From NCBI GenBank assembly GCA_026026165.1, contig JAPEUD010000003.1, positions 124,001 through 188,000 on the forward strand: a stretch of DNA of 64,000 bases, written 5' to 3'. Shown here in pieces: positions 45,884 to 58,981 of this stretch. The stretch's first letter is position 1. Every line of letters begins with the position of its first letter. The notes under the pieces are model-generated. The model was not told where the DNA came from. It worked only from the letters and a program-made list of their open reading frames with translations, and searched no databases. The DNA is from Sarea resinae (lineage: Eukaryota). Both the position numbers and the translations under genes were made by a program.

Positions 45884-47374
45884 CTACTTCAGATTGTTCG
45901 CCATGTCCGCAAGGCGTTTGTAGGCGGCTTCGACATCATGCTCGCCGTTCTGGCCCCTCTGCTGCTGCAGTCCGCGCCCATTCCTGCTTTTCGCCTCACC
46001 ATTACCGAACAATTTCTCCAGGCCATAGGTATGCCCAGAGGAGCGGTTTGGTCTTGACCGAGACAAACTCTCCATCCTTCTACCAGGCATATGGGGAACC
46101 GTATTGGGCCGTTCCATTTCCGCTAATTTACCCTCCTTGATCTGAGCGGAGGTGTCTGAAGCTCGGTCGATGGAAAGTTTGATCCTTCCTTGAGGATCGA
46201 TGCTCGCAGAGTTAGGATGAACCCAGATCTTAGCACCTCCGGGTATGGTCGGGTCAAAATTGGACAATCCTGGCACTCCTCCCCTTCCTCTTAGCCTATC
46301 TTCCCTGAAAGACGCCTGCATGCCATCATCTGTAACGACTCCTCCAACGCCAAACTTGGCACGGTTGCTCGATCCAGTTGCAGACTTGCGGGGCTCAAGG
46401 ATACGCGCTCGTACTGGTGGCGGGTTGGCCTGGGGACCCAAGACTGGATGATTAGATATGTGTGAGGCGGTCCGAAGGTAAGACAATCCAGCCGAAGGAT
46501 GGGTTTTCGGTGGCGCAGACTCATTCAGAACACCAACGTTCGATCCGTCCAAAAAGGAATAGGCGCTCTGCTTCTGCGCTGGAGTGACAGGCAGGTCTAG
46601 GAAGTTGTTGATGAGCGAGCTAAGGGTGGAGGTGGAAGACATGTCATTGCGCAAAGTTCTGATATAGTCCTGGAATTCTTCGTCTGACACGGAGACTGAA
46701 GACTCTAGTGTCGGTGATGATTCGCCTCCCTCCACAGCTTGACGACGTTTCTCGGCGGTCTTTCTGAGCGAGGCTTGAGTTCGAAGATACTTTATAAACT
46801 CGGGCTTTCTCCGCCGAATCTCCTTCTCAACGTATTCTTTGAATTCACCTTCCGTGAACCCCGCCAGCCAAGGCCCCTTGAATTTCCACCTCAGATCAAA
46901 TTGAGAGCCCTGGCGAGTTGTGGTCTCAGTGCTGTCACGTGCTTGTTCAAAGACGCTTGTTTGAAGTGGAGAGTAATCCCTCCCAGATGCACCCCGCGTC
47001 CTTCTCGGTACGGTCAAGGGGATGTTCATCTCCTGCCACTTGATAAGTGTTAGGACGTGGTCCGCTGCGGATTCGAAATCGGTGATATGTTCAAGGGTAT
47101 CGATGGCCCCGATGCGAACCGTTGGGGTCGAAGTGTTGGCCGTCGATCGCAAGGGCAAAGGTCTCTTCAATCCCCAATCTCCTCGGGATAGAGAAGACTG
47201 GGGAGTAGTGATGGCCGCATGTGTAGGATAAGGTAAGGTCGCAGTATCCGAAGCAAAGACGGCAGTATAAGTTGAGGCCAAGTCGTGGCTCGGTCGTGGT
47301 AAAGGCGGCGGAAGAGAGAAGAGTCGGGAATTGCGCAGTAAATTCGCGGTCGGGGACAGCTTCTTGGTGGACAT
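45884..47374 (-). CDS. MRP51: Mitochondrial small ribosomal subunit protein Mrp51 (bS1m)
   Basis: Single exon. Basic presequence-like start ANLLRNSRLF; motifs YPTHAAITTPQSSLSRGDWGLKRPLP and HPSAGLSY. Confidence 0.9.
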   Translation of the reverse strand: MSTKKLSPTANLLRNSRLFSLPPPLPRPSHDLASTYTAVFASDTATLPYPTHAAITTPQSSLSRGDWGLKRPLPLRSTANTSTPTVRIGAIDTLEHITDFESAADHVLTLIKWQEMNIPLTVPRRTRGASGRDYSPLQTSVFEQARDSTETTTRQGSQFDLRWKFKGPWLAGFTEGEFKEYVEKEIRRRKPEFIKYLRTQASLRKTAEKRRQAVEGGESSPTLESSVSVSDEEFQDYIRTLRNDMSSTSTLSSLINNFLDLPVTPAQKQSAYSFLDGSNVGVLNESAPPKTHPSAGLSYLRTASHISNHPVLGPQANPPPVRARILEPRKSATGSSNRAKFGVGGVVTDDGMQASFREDRLRGRGGVPGLSNFDPTIPGGAKIWVHPNSASIDPQGRIKLSIDRASDTSAQIKEGKLAEMERPNTVPHMPGRRMESLSRSRPNRSSGHTYGLEKLFGNGEAKSRNGRGLQQQRGQNGEHDVEAAYKRLADMANNLK

Positions 47375-47995
47375 GATGAGAGGGGATGCCGAGAAGCGGC
47401 AGAGGCTGCTGCTCGCTGGTCGAAGATGGCTCTGAGTCTAAGCTGGAGCGCTGTCTCGACTTCCGTCTCTCACCTCTTGATGTGAGAAACCGAATGGACG
47501 AGATGGGGTTCATGCATAGTCGGGTCGGCTTTTTTGAGACCAAGCTAAACCCAATCAGGCTGATGTAGCAATCTAGAGTTGAAGCTCCAGCTCTTCTATT
47601 ATTGATTACTACCTATCTACTCCTATTGATCACACTCCCCGATGCAAGGCAATTCATATGCTCAATTATGATAAATGCAGTGGTCTCGAGTCAATAAAAT
47701 GGATAATTTGCAGGACATGGAGAATTCTCGACGAGTACAACTCTCTCCGGCTCTTTCACCAAGGTAAACGCAGACACTAAGGTATATGTATGCTCACCAC
47801 CTAGTAAATAGCCTACGTCAAACCAATAGAACATGGACAGCCCGAGCATTGGGAAAAGGGCCGTACATCTTACCGTAGTAGCTTCGCATACATCAATATA
47901 TCGTTCTCTGCTATCCCCGCTGAGACATGTTCACGATCATAGCTCCTACCTTACCTACTAGGTGTTTTGCATGCCTCAATACCTACGGTACAGGC

Positions 47996-48007
47996 TACTC
48001 CGGAGTA
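47996..48007. promoter_or_regulatory. Palindrome TACTCCGGAGTA in the MRP51/chitin synthase divergent intergenic region
   Basis: Exact copy. Confidence 0.45.
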
Positions 48008-49195
48008 CAGCAACATCTGAACATCAAAAGGTGACGGCCTTCATCATGAATAGCTTGAAATATATTTCATGCTCTACGCATCGTCTAGCAATATTGCATG
48101 AAGCTATCGATCGGACACTCCTATATCAGTTACCATCCGTCTGCCGATGGCCAGGCAGAGCAAAACTAGCCAATCCCTGGAAATACTGCTGAGATACCAT
48201 GTCGATGACACCCAAGAAGGACGGGGAGATGCCTCGTTGACAGTTGAAGAAAGCTTGAATAATAGCGAGAGTGCTGCTACCGGCTGATCCCCGAATGAGA
48301 TGTTAAATCTACCTTAGGTGTAATTACATCTTTGCCTACTATAGTAGCGCTCCTTATAAGCACACCTGAAACATTACACAGACTATTCTGTATTAGAGAG
48401 TAATATCTATAACTTGGCCCTAGAGAAAGCAGATAGAATAGCAGATAAATCTAAGCTGCTACTGATAGACAAAACACCACCCGCGAGCCAATACAAACTT
48501 CCTCTTATCTAGCCCAAAAAACTAGTGATTTCAAGGAACAAGTAGTCTTAAGCAAAATTATGATGTTTACGAAACTTGTAGCATTGTTTTGGTTTCCTCT
48601 GTAGATAGATCCTCAAAAGCATAGATTTCAATCAAATTTTTAGTATGCTTCTACTATCCTCTCTGTTTCTTGTCTAAGGCCTAATAGCACTCGAGCGAGC
48701 GATTGAATACCTCACCCAAGGGAGATTCAATTCGAGGCATACATGAAATCCACTGCAATTGCGGTCTCTAGCACCCTAGTACTAGTCGACCGGGCACCCT
48801 CAGCTAGGTATTTCGCGCTTCCTTATTCTCGCTCGCTTCGGCGGTTGCCCCAAGCAACCGTGAGTACCTGGGGCCGCGCAGCCACAACACAGTAGCCCAC
48901 CGAATCTCTCTCACTAAAGCACTTACCCGTGTCGCAGTTCTGTTCCACCGCGTCAACTTTCAACCACGCTTCATTGTCCAATTTCTATGGGCAATATTCG
49001 GACTCGCCGCACTCATTCCTCTCCATTGCTTCATCTTCTGGAACGTCTTGTTGCAACAATCCCTCTCTTATACCCCGCAATCTCTTGATCTTACGGCACA
49101 TGTAGTAAACATTAGCATCGCTTTCGTTTTGCAAACCCGAGAAATCGCATTCCTGATTGCCTTTGGATTGCACTCCCTCAACGGTGCCATTTGCC

Positions 49196-52100
49196 ATGGA
49201 TCGTCCTTCTACACCCACTCAGCCACCACCAGATTACTCTGGTCTTCCAGCATATTATGCTGAAGTGCCAGAGGAGGACGGCACGACCCCGACAAATCCG
49301 GCAAACGGAGGCTCAACGATGCGGCTTTTGACATCTGTGGATGATACAGAATATCGTCCGTACGTATCCTCAAATCTTACATCTTCTAGTGTTGCTTTTT
49401 ACCGCCCTTCCAAAACATCACCAGCACATAGGAAAATGGCAGATGATTTACCGGGACCCGCGAAACCCTCGCAGGCCGTCCCGGATGATGCCCAACAAGG
49501 CCCTATGGAGCCCCCTGGAAAGGGTTACTCTGAAGCCTATAAAGATATCACCATCAAACCCTTGAGAGTAAAAGTTAAGCTACGACCAAGGAAGGCAAGC
49601 TCACAAGATTGTGTTGAACAAATTAGACCGACCCCGTTACAACGCGCCTACCAGCCCTCGACCACTAGCTTTCCCATCTCGAGATCACCTTCGAGACTCA
49701 GCCAGACGCCAACTATTCCCCCCCAAACCAACGATGCCCCAGCATACTCAAGCTTTACTCCCGGTCGCATGTCCCCGGAGCGCATGTCTCCCAGCCGTAT
49801 GTCTCACAGTCGCATGTCTAGCCGAAGCTCTCCGACACGACCATGGACTCCATCTCGATCAACAACGGACTGGAACCGGCCTCCACCATCTAATATTCCT
49901 TACGAGCCGGCAGATATCAATGGCAGTCCGCGTCCAGGGACACCATCGTCAAGATACAGTGAGAGTCCCAGACGGCCCCTTCCTCCCGCACCTTTGTTTT
50001 CTGGCCCTGCCGCTACTTCGCGAGGTTCTCGAGTTTCCCAAGATCTCACCGACGATGCAACAATTCCCGTCGAGGATGACGATGAAGATCCGTTTGGTCC
50101 GCCAAGTACAGATCCGCGATATAGCCTGAAGTCTCGAAATTCATTCCAATCACAGTCTACTCTAGCTGGAGAAGATTACGAAACAAAGGAAGACTACGAG
50201 CAGTACGGTCCGGCGCCAACGGGGCGGCAAGAGCGTCGAGGGGCCCGACAGGCTCAGATGGCCAAAAAGGAGGTGAAGCTCATCAATGGTGAACTGATCC
50301 TCGAGTGCAAAATCCCTACTATTCTCTACAGTTTTTTGCCAAGAAGAGACGAAATCGAGTTCACACATATGCGTTATACGGCCGTTACATGTGATCCCGA
50401 CGATTTCGTGTCTAGAGGATACAAATTACGCCAAAATATTGGCAGCACGGCTAGAGACACCGAACTCTTCATTTGCGTTACAATGTACAATGAGAATGAG
50501 ATCGATTTCACTCGGACAATGCACGGTGTCATGAGGAACATTGCACACTTCTGCTCCCGGTCGAAGTCTCGAACCTGGGGCAAGGACGGGTGGCAGAAGA
50601 TCGTGGTGTGCATCGTCTCCGACGGACGGAGGAAAGTGCATCCCCGGACCCTGGATGCGTTGGCTGCAATGGGAGTCTATCAGGACGGCATAGCCAAGAA
50701 TCTGGTGAACCAGAAAGAAGTCACTGCCCACGTTTACGAATACACGACGCAGGTATCACTCGACTCGGATCTCAAATTCAAAGGAGCCGAGAAGGGAATC
50801 GTCCCTGTCCAAATGATCTTCTGTCTGAAGGAGAAAAACCAGAAGAAGCTTAACTCTCATCGGTGGTTCTTCAACGCATTTGGAAAAGCTCTGAGTCCAA
50901 ATGTCTGCATTCTCCTGGATGTCGGAACCAAGCCAGGCCACAAGTCGCTCTACCATCTCTGGAAAGCTTTTGACACCGACTCCAGCGTAGCGGGAGCTTG
51001 TGGCGAGATCAAAGCAGGTAAAGGCAAAGCATGGCTAGGCCTCCTCAATCCATTGGTAGCATCTCAAAATTTTGAGTATAAAATGTCCAACATTCTGGAT
51101 AAGCCTCTTGAATCGGTATTCGGATACATTACTGTACTTCCTGGAGCGCTCAGTGCGTACCGTTATCATGCTCTGCAGAATGACTCCACGGGTCATGGCC
51201 CCCTCAGTCAATATTTCAAGGGCGAAACTCTTCATGGTCAAGATGCCGATGTCTTCACCGCCAATATGTATCTTGCCGAAGATCGAATTCTCTGCTGGGA
51301 GCTTGTTGCTAAGCGGGACGAACGATGGGTCTTGAAATACGTCAAGAGTGCAACGGGTGAGACAGATGTGCCAGGTAAGTTGCTGCCTTTTTGTCTTGCC
51401 GTTATACCTGATACTGACAATTCCACCAGACGCCGTTCCAGAGTTCATCTCGCAGCGTAGGAGATGGCTCAATGGGGCCTTTTTTGCTGCTGTGTACTCT
51501 CTTATCCATTTCAGACAGATATGGAGTACAGATCATAGCATCATGCGGAAGATCTTACTACATATAGAATTCGTGTATCAATTCGTACAGCTACTGTTTA
51601 CTTATTTCTCCCTAGTAAGAAAGTTGTCCCAGCTTGTTGGGAAGACTGCTAATCATCATTGCAGGCCAACTTCTATCTCACTTTCTACTTTATCGCGGGC
51701 TCGTTGTCAGATAAAAAGCTAGATCCCTTTGGCCACAATATCGGCCTGTATATCTTTACCGTCCTACGCTTCGCTTGCGTACTCTTGATATGCACACAGT
51801 TCATTCTTTCAATGGGAAATCGTCCGCAGGGGTAAGTAGATTGTTCAGGAGTCGAGGTGTTGTGCTAATGCCATGTAGAGCCAAAAAGATGTTCATGTGG
51901 AGTATGATCATTTATTCGGTCATCATGGCCTACACTACCTTTGCCGCCGCGTACATTGTCATCAAGGATCTAGTCGCTCCAACGACGAAGTTCACCTTGG
52001 GAAATAACGTTTTTACGAACATGATTGTCTCTATCGGTTCTACCATCGGCCTCTATTTCCTGATGAGCTTCCTCTACCTCGACCCCTGGCACATGTTCAC

Positions 52101-52746
52101 CTCGGCCGCACAGTATTTCGCTCTGCTACCCAGCTACATCTGCACCCTGCAAGTCTACGCCTTCTGCAACACCCACGATGTCACATGGGGCACCAAAGGT
52201 GACAACGTTATTCATACCGACCTTGGTGCTGCCGTCTCCGGTAAGGGTAATACGGTGGAGCTGGAGATGCCGTCGGAGCAACTCGATATCGACTCCGGTT
52301 ACGACGAGGCCCTGCGTAATCTGCGTGACCGTCTTGAGGTCCCGAAGCCGGGCATCAGCGAATGGCAGGCCCAAGAAGATTATTACCGCGCCGTGCGCAC
52401 GTACATGGTCGTTGCGTGGATGGTCGCCAACGCCATCCTCGGCATGGCCGTCTCCGACGTCTACAGCTCGACCAGCGTGTCCGATAACATCTATCTCAAG
52501 TTCATCCTGTGGTCCGTCGCCGGGCTGGCCATCTTCCGCGCCATCGGCTCTAGTGCCTTTGGAGTGCTGAACATGATCCATTCGGCTGTGGAAGGCCGGT
52601 TGAAGCTGCGGCTGCCCTTTGCGGATTCCCGCCTGTGGCAGCGATGGCAGCGGTACAAGGTCCCCGTCCCCGATTGGGCGAGTCGCACCTCGGGCAAGCT
52701 GAGCAGCAAATTGAGCAGTATTGGGGGCAGCACGATTGGGAAGTGA
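49196..52746 (+). CDS. chsA: Chitin synthase, probably class II (GT2)
   Basis: Exons 49196-51374 (possible in-frame intron 49360-49431), 51430-51614, 51665-51831, 51879-52746. Motifs [52 protein letters not shown]. Class inferred from [16 protein letters not shown]. Confidence 0.95.
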
Positions 52747-53463
52747 GTGAGTAAGTGAGTGAGGCGGTGCGTTGTGCGTTGTGCATTGCGTTGTTATCGA
52801 AACCGTTTGGTCTTTTGTGTCTCTCATCATCTTTTCGAATTGTTTTTCTGAGATTGCATGTTTTCGTTTGATGGGATCTGGATGGACGGGCCGGGACGGG
52901 CGTTCTTGCGCTTTTATATTTTTTCTTTTTCTTTCTTCGTCCCTGCTCTGATGGGATGCGATGGTTCGATCTGGATGGCTATGGGAAATGTGGATATGCG
53001 AATGCCCTACCTGCCTAGTCAGAAGAACTGTTCCATCCGTCATGGTCCTTGAGTGGCTGGCATAGCTGAATACCTAGATGAATGGACACGATATGACATA
53101 TGGAATGGAATGGATTCTTGTTGAATTTGAAAAGCAACGTTTAGTGTGTTCAGTGTGTTGACTAACGATGATGACAACGACAATGACAACGACAAGTAAC
53201 GAGGAGCAAAACTCATCGTGACCTCAATACTCCGTCTATGGGATTGGGCCATCTACCTACTACAGCAGATCTACTTTTACAAGATATGTATCAATCACTC
53301 ACTCACTCACTGGGTGGTCTTCTTTTCGACGACGCTTATAGCGGTACGAGATACGAGGACTTCTAGCGAGCGATAAGAGGAGGAGGAGAACAGAAGCGCA
53401 ATCAAGTTCGACCGACCGACAGACAGAACGCGCCGCCAGAATCGCACGCGGAGAGGAACTCTT

Positions 53464-54929
53464 TTAAACCAATCCGTATAACGGTCGCGGCAGCACCACC
53501 ATCACGCTCGGGTCAGACGTCGGCGCGAGGGACTGCGCTTGCTGTCGAGCCGCCGACGGCGACGAAGGCAAAGGAGACGACGACGAAGAAGCACCAAAAG
53601 AAGAAGAAGAAGAAGAAGACGCTCTTTTTGGGCGCGTCGGCTGCTTGAGGCCTACGTACGCTTCGCGTCTTGCCGGGTCGCCGACGGTCACGCTCCATGT
53701 CCGCAGACCGTAGTAGCTTGCGATGCTGTGCACGAGCCAGCGTCTGGGGGCGTCGGACTGTCAGTTCGGTGTGCTTGTTTGGGGAAGGGGGGGGGGAGGG
53801 CTTTTGTAAGAAGAAAAAGGGGAAGGAGACGGACCCGAAACTAGCGCCTTGATCGTCGACTAGGCTGCGATAGATGAGTTTATCTCTTCGTAGCTCCTCT
53901 TCTTCGTCCTCTTTGTCCTCTTGGAGCTTTTCGGCTTCGGTCTGGTCGCGTCCGTCACTCTGCTGCTGCTGTCGTGGCGATGGGGGCATATCCCTCATCT
54001 GACCGTTCCGGCCCACGAAGACAATTTCTTCGTCCTCGGAATCAAAGGCCTCGGATATGCTGCTGCTGCCACTGCTGCTGTTTGTCGTCGCTCCGGCGTG
54101 GTCCTTTGTGATGGACGAGGCCTCACGCGCTTCCCACTGGCGCACCCAGGCGCGTACTTCCTCTTCCAGGTCCTGCAGCAGCACCTTGGCGCCGCGCGCT
54201 CGCTTCAACTTTTCGCGCAGCTCGCGCGGCACCTTGCCCACGCCGTCGTTGCCAGTCGTCGTCGTGGCCTTGGTGTCCGACGCCTTCTTCGATGCGGACG
54301 CGGCCTTGTGGGCGTCCCACAGCGGAGCGAGGTAGTAGGGTACGGTGTGCCGGGGGTACGTGGGCTGGACTTCCCAATCGCTCGGCAGCGGCGGTTGGAC
54401 GTGTGGGTTGTGCAAGAGACGATCTGTAGGAAGAAATCGATTCGCGTTAATACGTGCTTTCAATAGCAAGGACTGCCGACTGCTACATGGGGCTGCTGGC
54501 ATGGCACGAACCGTTCTCCCATCTTTGGCGGCGCCGGCTGCCTTCTTTGCCCTTGAGAAGCGCTTCGCGGCGCTTCAGGCTGTCGCGGCGGAGCGGCTCG
54601 CGGCGGCGGGCGTAGGTTGACGTAGTCGGTCGCGCTTGGGCGGCTGCACTCGAGGCGGAGCGATTGAGATCTGTTGCGTGGTCCCGGTCATGGTCGTCGA
54701 GGGGGATGGCGAGCGCGACGGCTCGGCCAGGGGTTCCTCGAGGTGGTGAGGCCACGGCCGTGGTCGGAACCGCTGCGACAGCCGGTGAGATTGAGACGGC
54801 TTCAAGGGCGTCGGCTGCTTGTTGGGTCCATGCTTCGATGTCGATTTGCGGAGTCGATGCGGGACTTTGGGCCTGGCTTTGGGCGTTCGGGGTGCTGTGG
54901 CTTGGGGTGAGATGCGGGTGGATAGCCAT
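53464..54929 (-). CDS. R3H-associated N-terminal domain protein
   Basis: Exons 54929-54512, 54423-53835, 53743-53464. Motifs RRDSLKRREALLKGKEGSRRRQRWENDRLL and R3H-like FGRWLVHSIASYYGLRTWS. Confidence 0.85.
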
Positions 54930-55033
54930 GACGGACAAGATAGCGAGGCTGATAAGGAACAGGACTACGTATGGTGTGGAGAGGGTAGGTAATGATGCAC
55001 GCAGCCCCGTCAATGAAGATGATGATGCTGATA

Positions 55034-55064
<31 letters not shown>

Positions 55065-55724
55065 GTGTTGCCGTGGGTGAAAGGGGATCAGTACGAGAAG
55101 CAGTGGTGGGTAGCAGATAAATGAGGAGGAGATGATGGAGGCTCGATGTTCCCGATCGGGGGAGGGCTACGATCCGGAATCGTTATCTCGACGGGCGAAT
55201 CAGAACCGAAGACGGACGGCATGGCTGGCTGACTAATAGTTGGCGACTCATTGAGGTCATTGAGTCACTCCGAGTCATCATCGCCATCGTGCCATCGTGC
55301 CATTGTGCCATTGTGCCATCGAGGGAAGACCTTGATGGCCACCTACGAGGAGGGTCCATAGTATTTTGAAGCATTGAATGTCCTCTACGGTGATCAATGG
55401 ATCGTGAGTATCATCACCAGCTTCAGCTTCCCACTACTCCTATCTCGTCTGGAGAGGTTTGAATGCTGTGCGTACGGAGTACATCGTAGGAAGACCTCAG
55501 TACTCGGAGTAGGTACCTGTCGATACCAATGACGGCACCTCGCAGCGATCAGCTATCCATATCAGCTGCCACAGTATCTCCGTACCTTAGTAGGACCTCA
55601 GCTAAGGTAGCCTAGCCGGCCTGGCTTCGGGTGTAAACAACGTCCATCTCCCTCCCCAACGCCATCGTTATCGCCCCTTCACCCATCGAGGCCATCATCT
55701 GTCACTTCATTCTCTCATCCCATC

Positions 55725-57018
55725 ATGAAGCTATCGTCATACCTTGCGGCCGCGGTCGTGGCATCGACCTCGACGGCCCTGTCTATCCCCCTATCAGACC
55801 AGGCAGTGATAGCGCCCGAGCACACCCCAACCGTCGAGAAGTATCTCGTCGAGTTCGGCCCCGGACAGACCAAATGGGTGACCGAAGATGAGAAATGGGC
55901 TCTGCGAAGGGTATGCGCTTCATCTTCATCTCTCACCGTCATCTCTCACACGTCTCTAGGCCGGCCTGAACTTCATGGACATCACCACCACCCCCAGCCT
56001 CGGCTCCGTGTCCGCCGATTCGGCCAAGAAGGAGATTACGTATCCCGCGAAGCCCGCCCACAACAAGACCATCTTCCCTCTCATCACTCACCTGTCCAAG
56101 TCTCACATGCACGAGAACCTCGAAACCTTCACTTCCTTCCACACGCGCTACTACAAGTCGACTTACGGAGCCGAATCAGCCGCCTGGCTCTATAGTCGCG
56201 TGAACGAGACCATTTATGCGGCCGGCGCCAACGAGTTCGGCGCCTACGTCGAGAAGTTTGATCATCCATGGGGCCAGCCGAGCATCATCGCGACGATCCC
56301 GGGGAAGAGCAACAAGACCATCGTCATCGGCGCCCACCAAGACAGCATTAACCTTTTCCTCCCCTCTATCCTGGCCGCCCCCGGCGCCGACGATGACGGC
56401 AGCGGTACCGTCACCATCCTCGAGGCTCTGCGCGTGCTCCTGCGCTCCAAGGATATCGTCCAGGGCAATGCGGACAATACCGTTGAGTTTCACTGGTACT
56501 CGGCCGAGGAGGGCGGCCTGCTCGGCAGTCAGGCCATCTTCTCTGAGTATGAACGGGTGGGCCGCGATGTCAAGGCGATGCTGCAGCAGGACATGACGGG
56601 CTACGTACAGAAGACTCTCGATGCGGGCGAGCAGGAGAGCGTGGGCATCATCACGGACTTTGTGAACCCGGGTCTGACGGAGTTTATCAAGGAGGTTGTG
56701 TCTGAGGTAATTCACCCATCCGTTTATCCCCTCCGCCCCATTCATCTGCACCCCATCCTTTCATTTATACTGAACAAAACGCAGTACTGCACCATCCCGT
56801 ACATCCTCACGAAATGCGGCTACGCCTGCTCGGACCACGCCTCGGCCTCCAAAGCCGGCTACCCGTCGGCCTTTGTCATCGAGTCCGATTTCAAGTACTC
56901 GGACTCCAAGATCCACACGTCGGACGACCGCATCGAGTACCTGAGCTTCGACCACATGAAGCAGCATGCGACGCTGACCCTGGCGCTGGCGTACGAGTTG
57001 GCGTTTGCGTCGTTTTGA
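55725..57018 (+). CDS. LAP1: Secreted leucine aminopeptidase (peptidase M28E)
   Basis: Exons 55725-55910, 55960-56706, 56785-57018. Signal peptide; motifs [42 protein letters not shown]. Confidence 0.95.
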
Positions 57019-57888
57019 GTCGGGTTCGATATGATGTGATTTGATTTGATTTGATTTGGTTCAGGAAGAGCTTAGATTGAATGGCTGGCTTGCTTGCTTC
57101 TTCACCCAAAGGTTGCATTGATTTAGGACCTCACAGTCCCCTGTTCTCCTGGGGAGCACTACATACATGTGTTGTAGATAGGCTCAATTGGAAGTCAAAG
57201 GACTCTGGAATAACTTACCTTCTAGAGTAAACACCTGACAGTACTTCAATAATGCTAGACCGCCTCCCCCTGCAGCTGTTAAGCTTGCAGCATACCTGAT
57301 GGCGGAGATGCTGGCCGCACATGGATGGATACTTCGTAGTAGGGCGGCGCGTCTCGTAACGGCCTGATGTCGTTACCTACGGTACCTTACCTTACCTTAC
57401 CTTAGCTACCCTCCCTCCCTGACTTGTTCATCCATATCAATTCACGATAAATTACGTCGGGGACAGACGGCGTACGGTCCATACATCCATGGATATTTGC
57501 CTGACCTTAGCTGACCTTACCTTACCTTAGCTTTACCTTGGTTACCTACCTACCTACCTACCGAACAAGCACCCTGCAAGCAACCTGCACGCAAGCAAGC
57601 AACCTATCCTTCCAGTCATTGGCTGGCTGGCCGATGATGCTGCCACGGCACTGCGTCCGACATGGATGCAATGGTTCAAGTGAGAATATACTTCTTTGCT
57701 ACGGACCAAGCCGTCCAACGCCAATAGCTGCGAATATAAGGGTATGTATGATACAAATGAGCGACTGACTACAAACATTCCGCAGTGACCATGACAATGA
57801 TGATGACAATGACAATCAAATAGTCCGACGCTGCACTTTTCGAGTAGAATGGATATGCTTCTCCCGTGGGAAAACACATGGAATCGAC

Positions 57889-58981
57889 CTACTCGGCCAA
57901 CAAGGGCGCTCTCTCCACATCCTCGCTGACAACGTGCTCTTCACGGCCGAATTTGAATGTCCCGCCTGCGACGCTGGGCACGGCGACCCCAAAGGAGACC
58001 ACGAACAAGATTGCCATGATGACAAAAGCGAAAATCCACTGGAGTGCAACCACGTGGGTCAAAAATTGAGAGGTTCCAAGGGCTGTTCATCGTCAGCGAA
58101 TGTCCGTCTCGACAGATTGCAAATGGTTCGACGAGTAGAAGAAAATAGACCGACTTACCAGCTGTGAGCACACTCATCGCGAATCCCATCGAATAGTCCT
58201 TGAACGCGAAAAGATAGAACGCTCCGTAAGTGAGGAACTCCCATACAAAGACGTTGGCAACGATCCTCGCAGCCAGGCTATGAGCATTGACCGCCGCGGC
58301 TCCGACCCAGAAGATGGCCACGTTGTTGAACGCAAGCGGACCGGAAACCACAGGAACGTGAATGGCCAAAGGAGCGGTGGGATGGCGGAAGTACAGAGTC
58401 GTCAGGTTGACAAAGTTGATCACCAGCAGCAACTCGGCGAGCCAGAAGTAAGACCTCACCCAGAGCATCACGAATCCGAAATACAAGAGATTGTTGAAGA
58501 TGAAATGGCTGCCGACGTTGGCAGCAGCGTAGACGACATCCACATTGGAAGCAAAAAGGTGCCAGACATAGCCGATCTGGGAGATGAAGAGGACGATCCT
58601 GATGAGCTATTAGCAAAGTCGGAGGATCCGATGGACAAATGCAAGGCTGGAAGGTTGATGGAAATGAAGGCGGGTATTCAGAGCCCATTGGTCTCGTCAA
58701 TGGCACCTGGCGTCTCCCATGCGAAGACTGTGGGACAACAAGAATGCCACCTACCAGTAGATGCTCGTGATGATCGCGTTCAAGGCGAACGGGGTAGCAT
58801 GGTGCTTATTCTGGCCCCAGATGGTGCGTCGCTTGTGCTTGCCCTCGTGGGGTTTGTTGAAGGTGTAATAGAAGCTGGTCACGACCAGGACGAGCCAGGT
58901 GACGACGGTGCAGATCTTGTAAGCAATGATGCTACCGCGAGAATGGGCCTCGCGATTCTTGAACGGGTTGACTAAAGGCAT
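57889..58981 (-). CDS. DUF1774-family fungal multi-pass membrane protein
   Basis: Exons 58981-58755, 58598-58159, 58082-57889. Motifs TIWGQN, AANVGSHFIFNNLL, NLTTLYFRH, ALQWIFAF. Ends ERAPLLAE. Confidence 0.82.

Noticed and set aside
28827..52746. Grouping of trafficking and polarity genes (UFE1, APL1, EMC4, BBC1, chitin synthase) as a functional cluster
   Set aside because: They are interleaved with unrelated housekeeping genes, and nothing in the sequence supports co-regulation.
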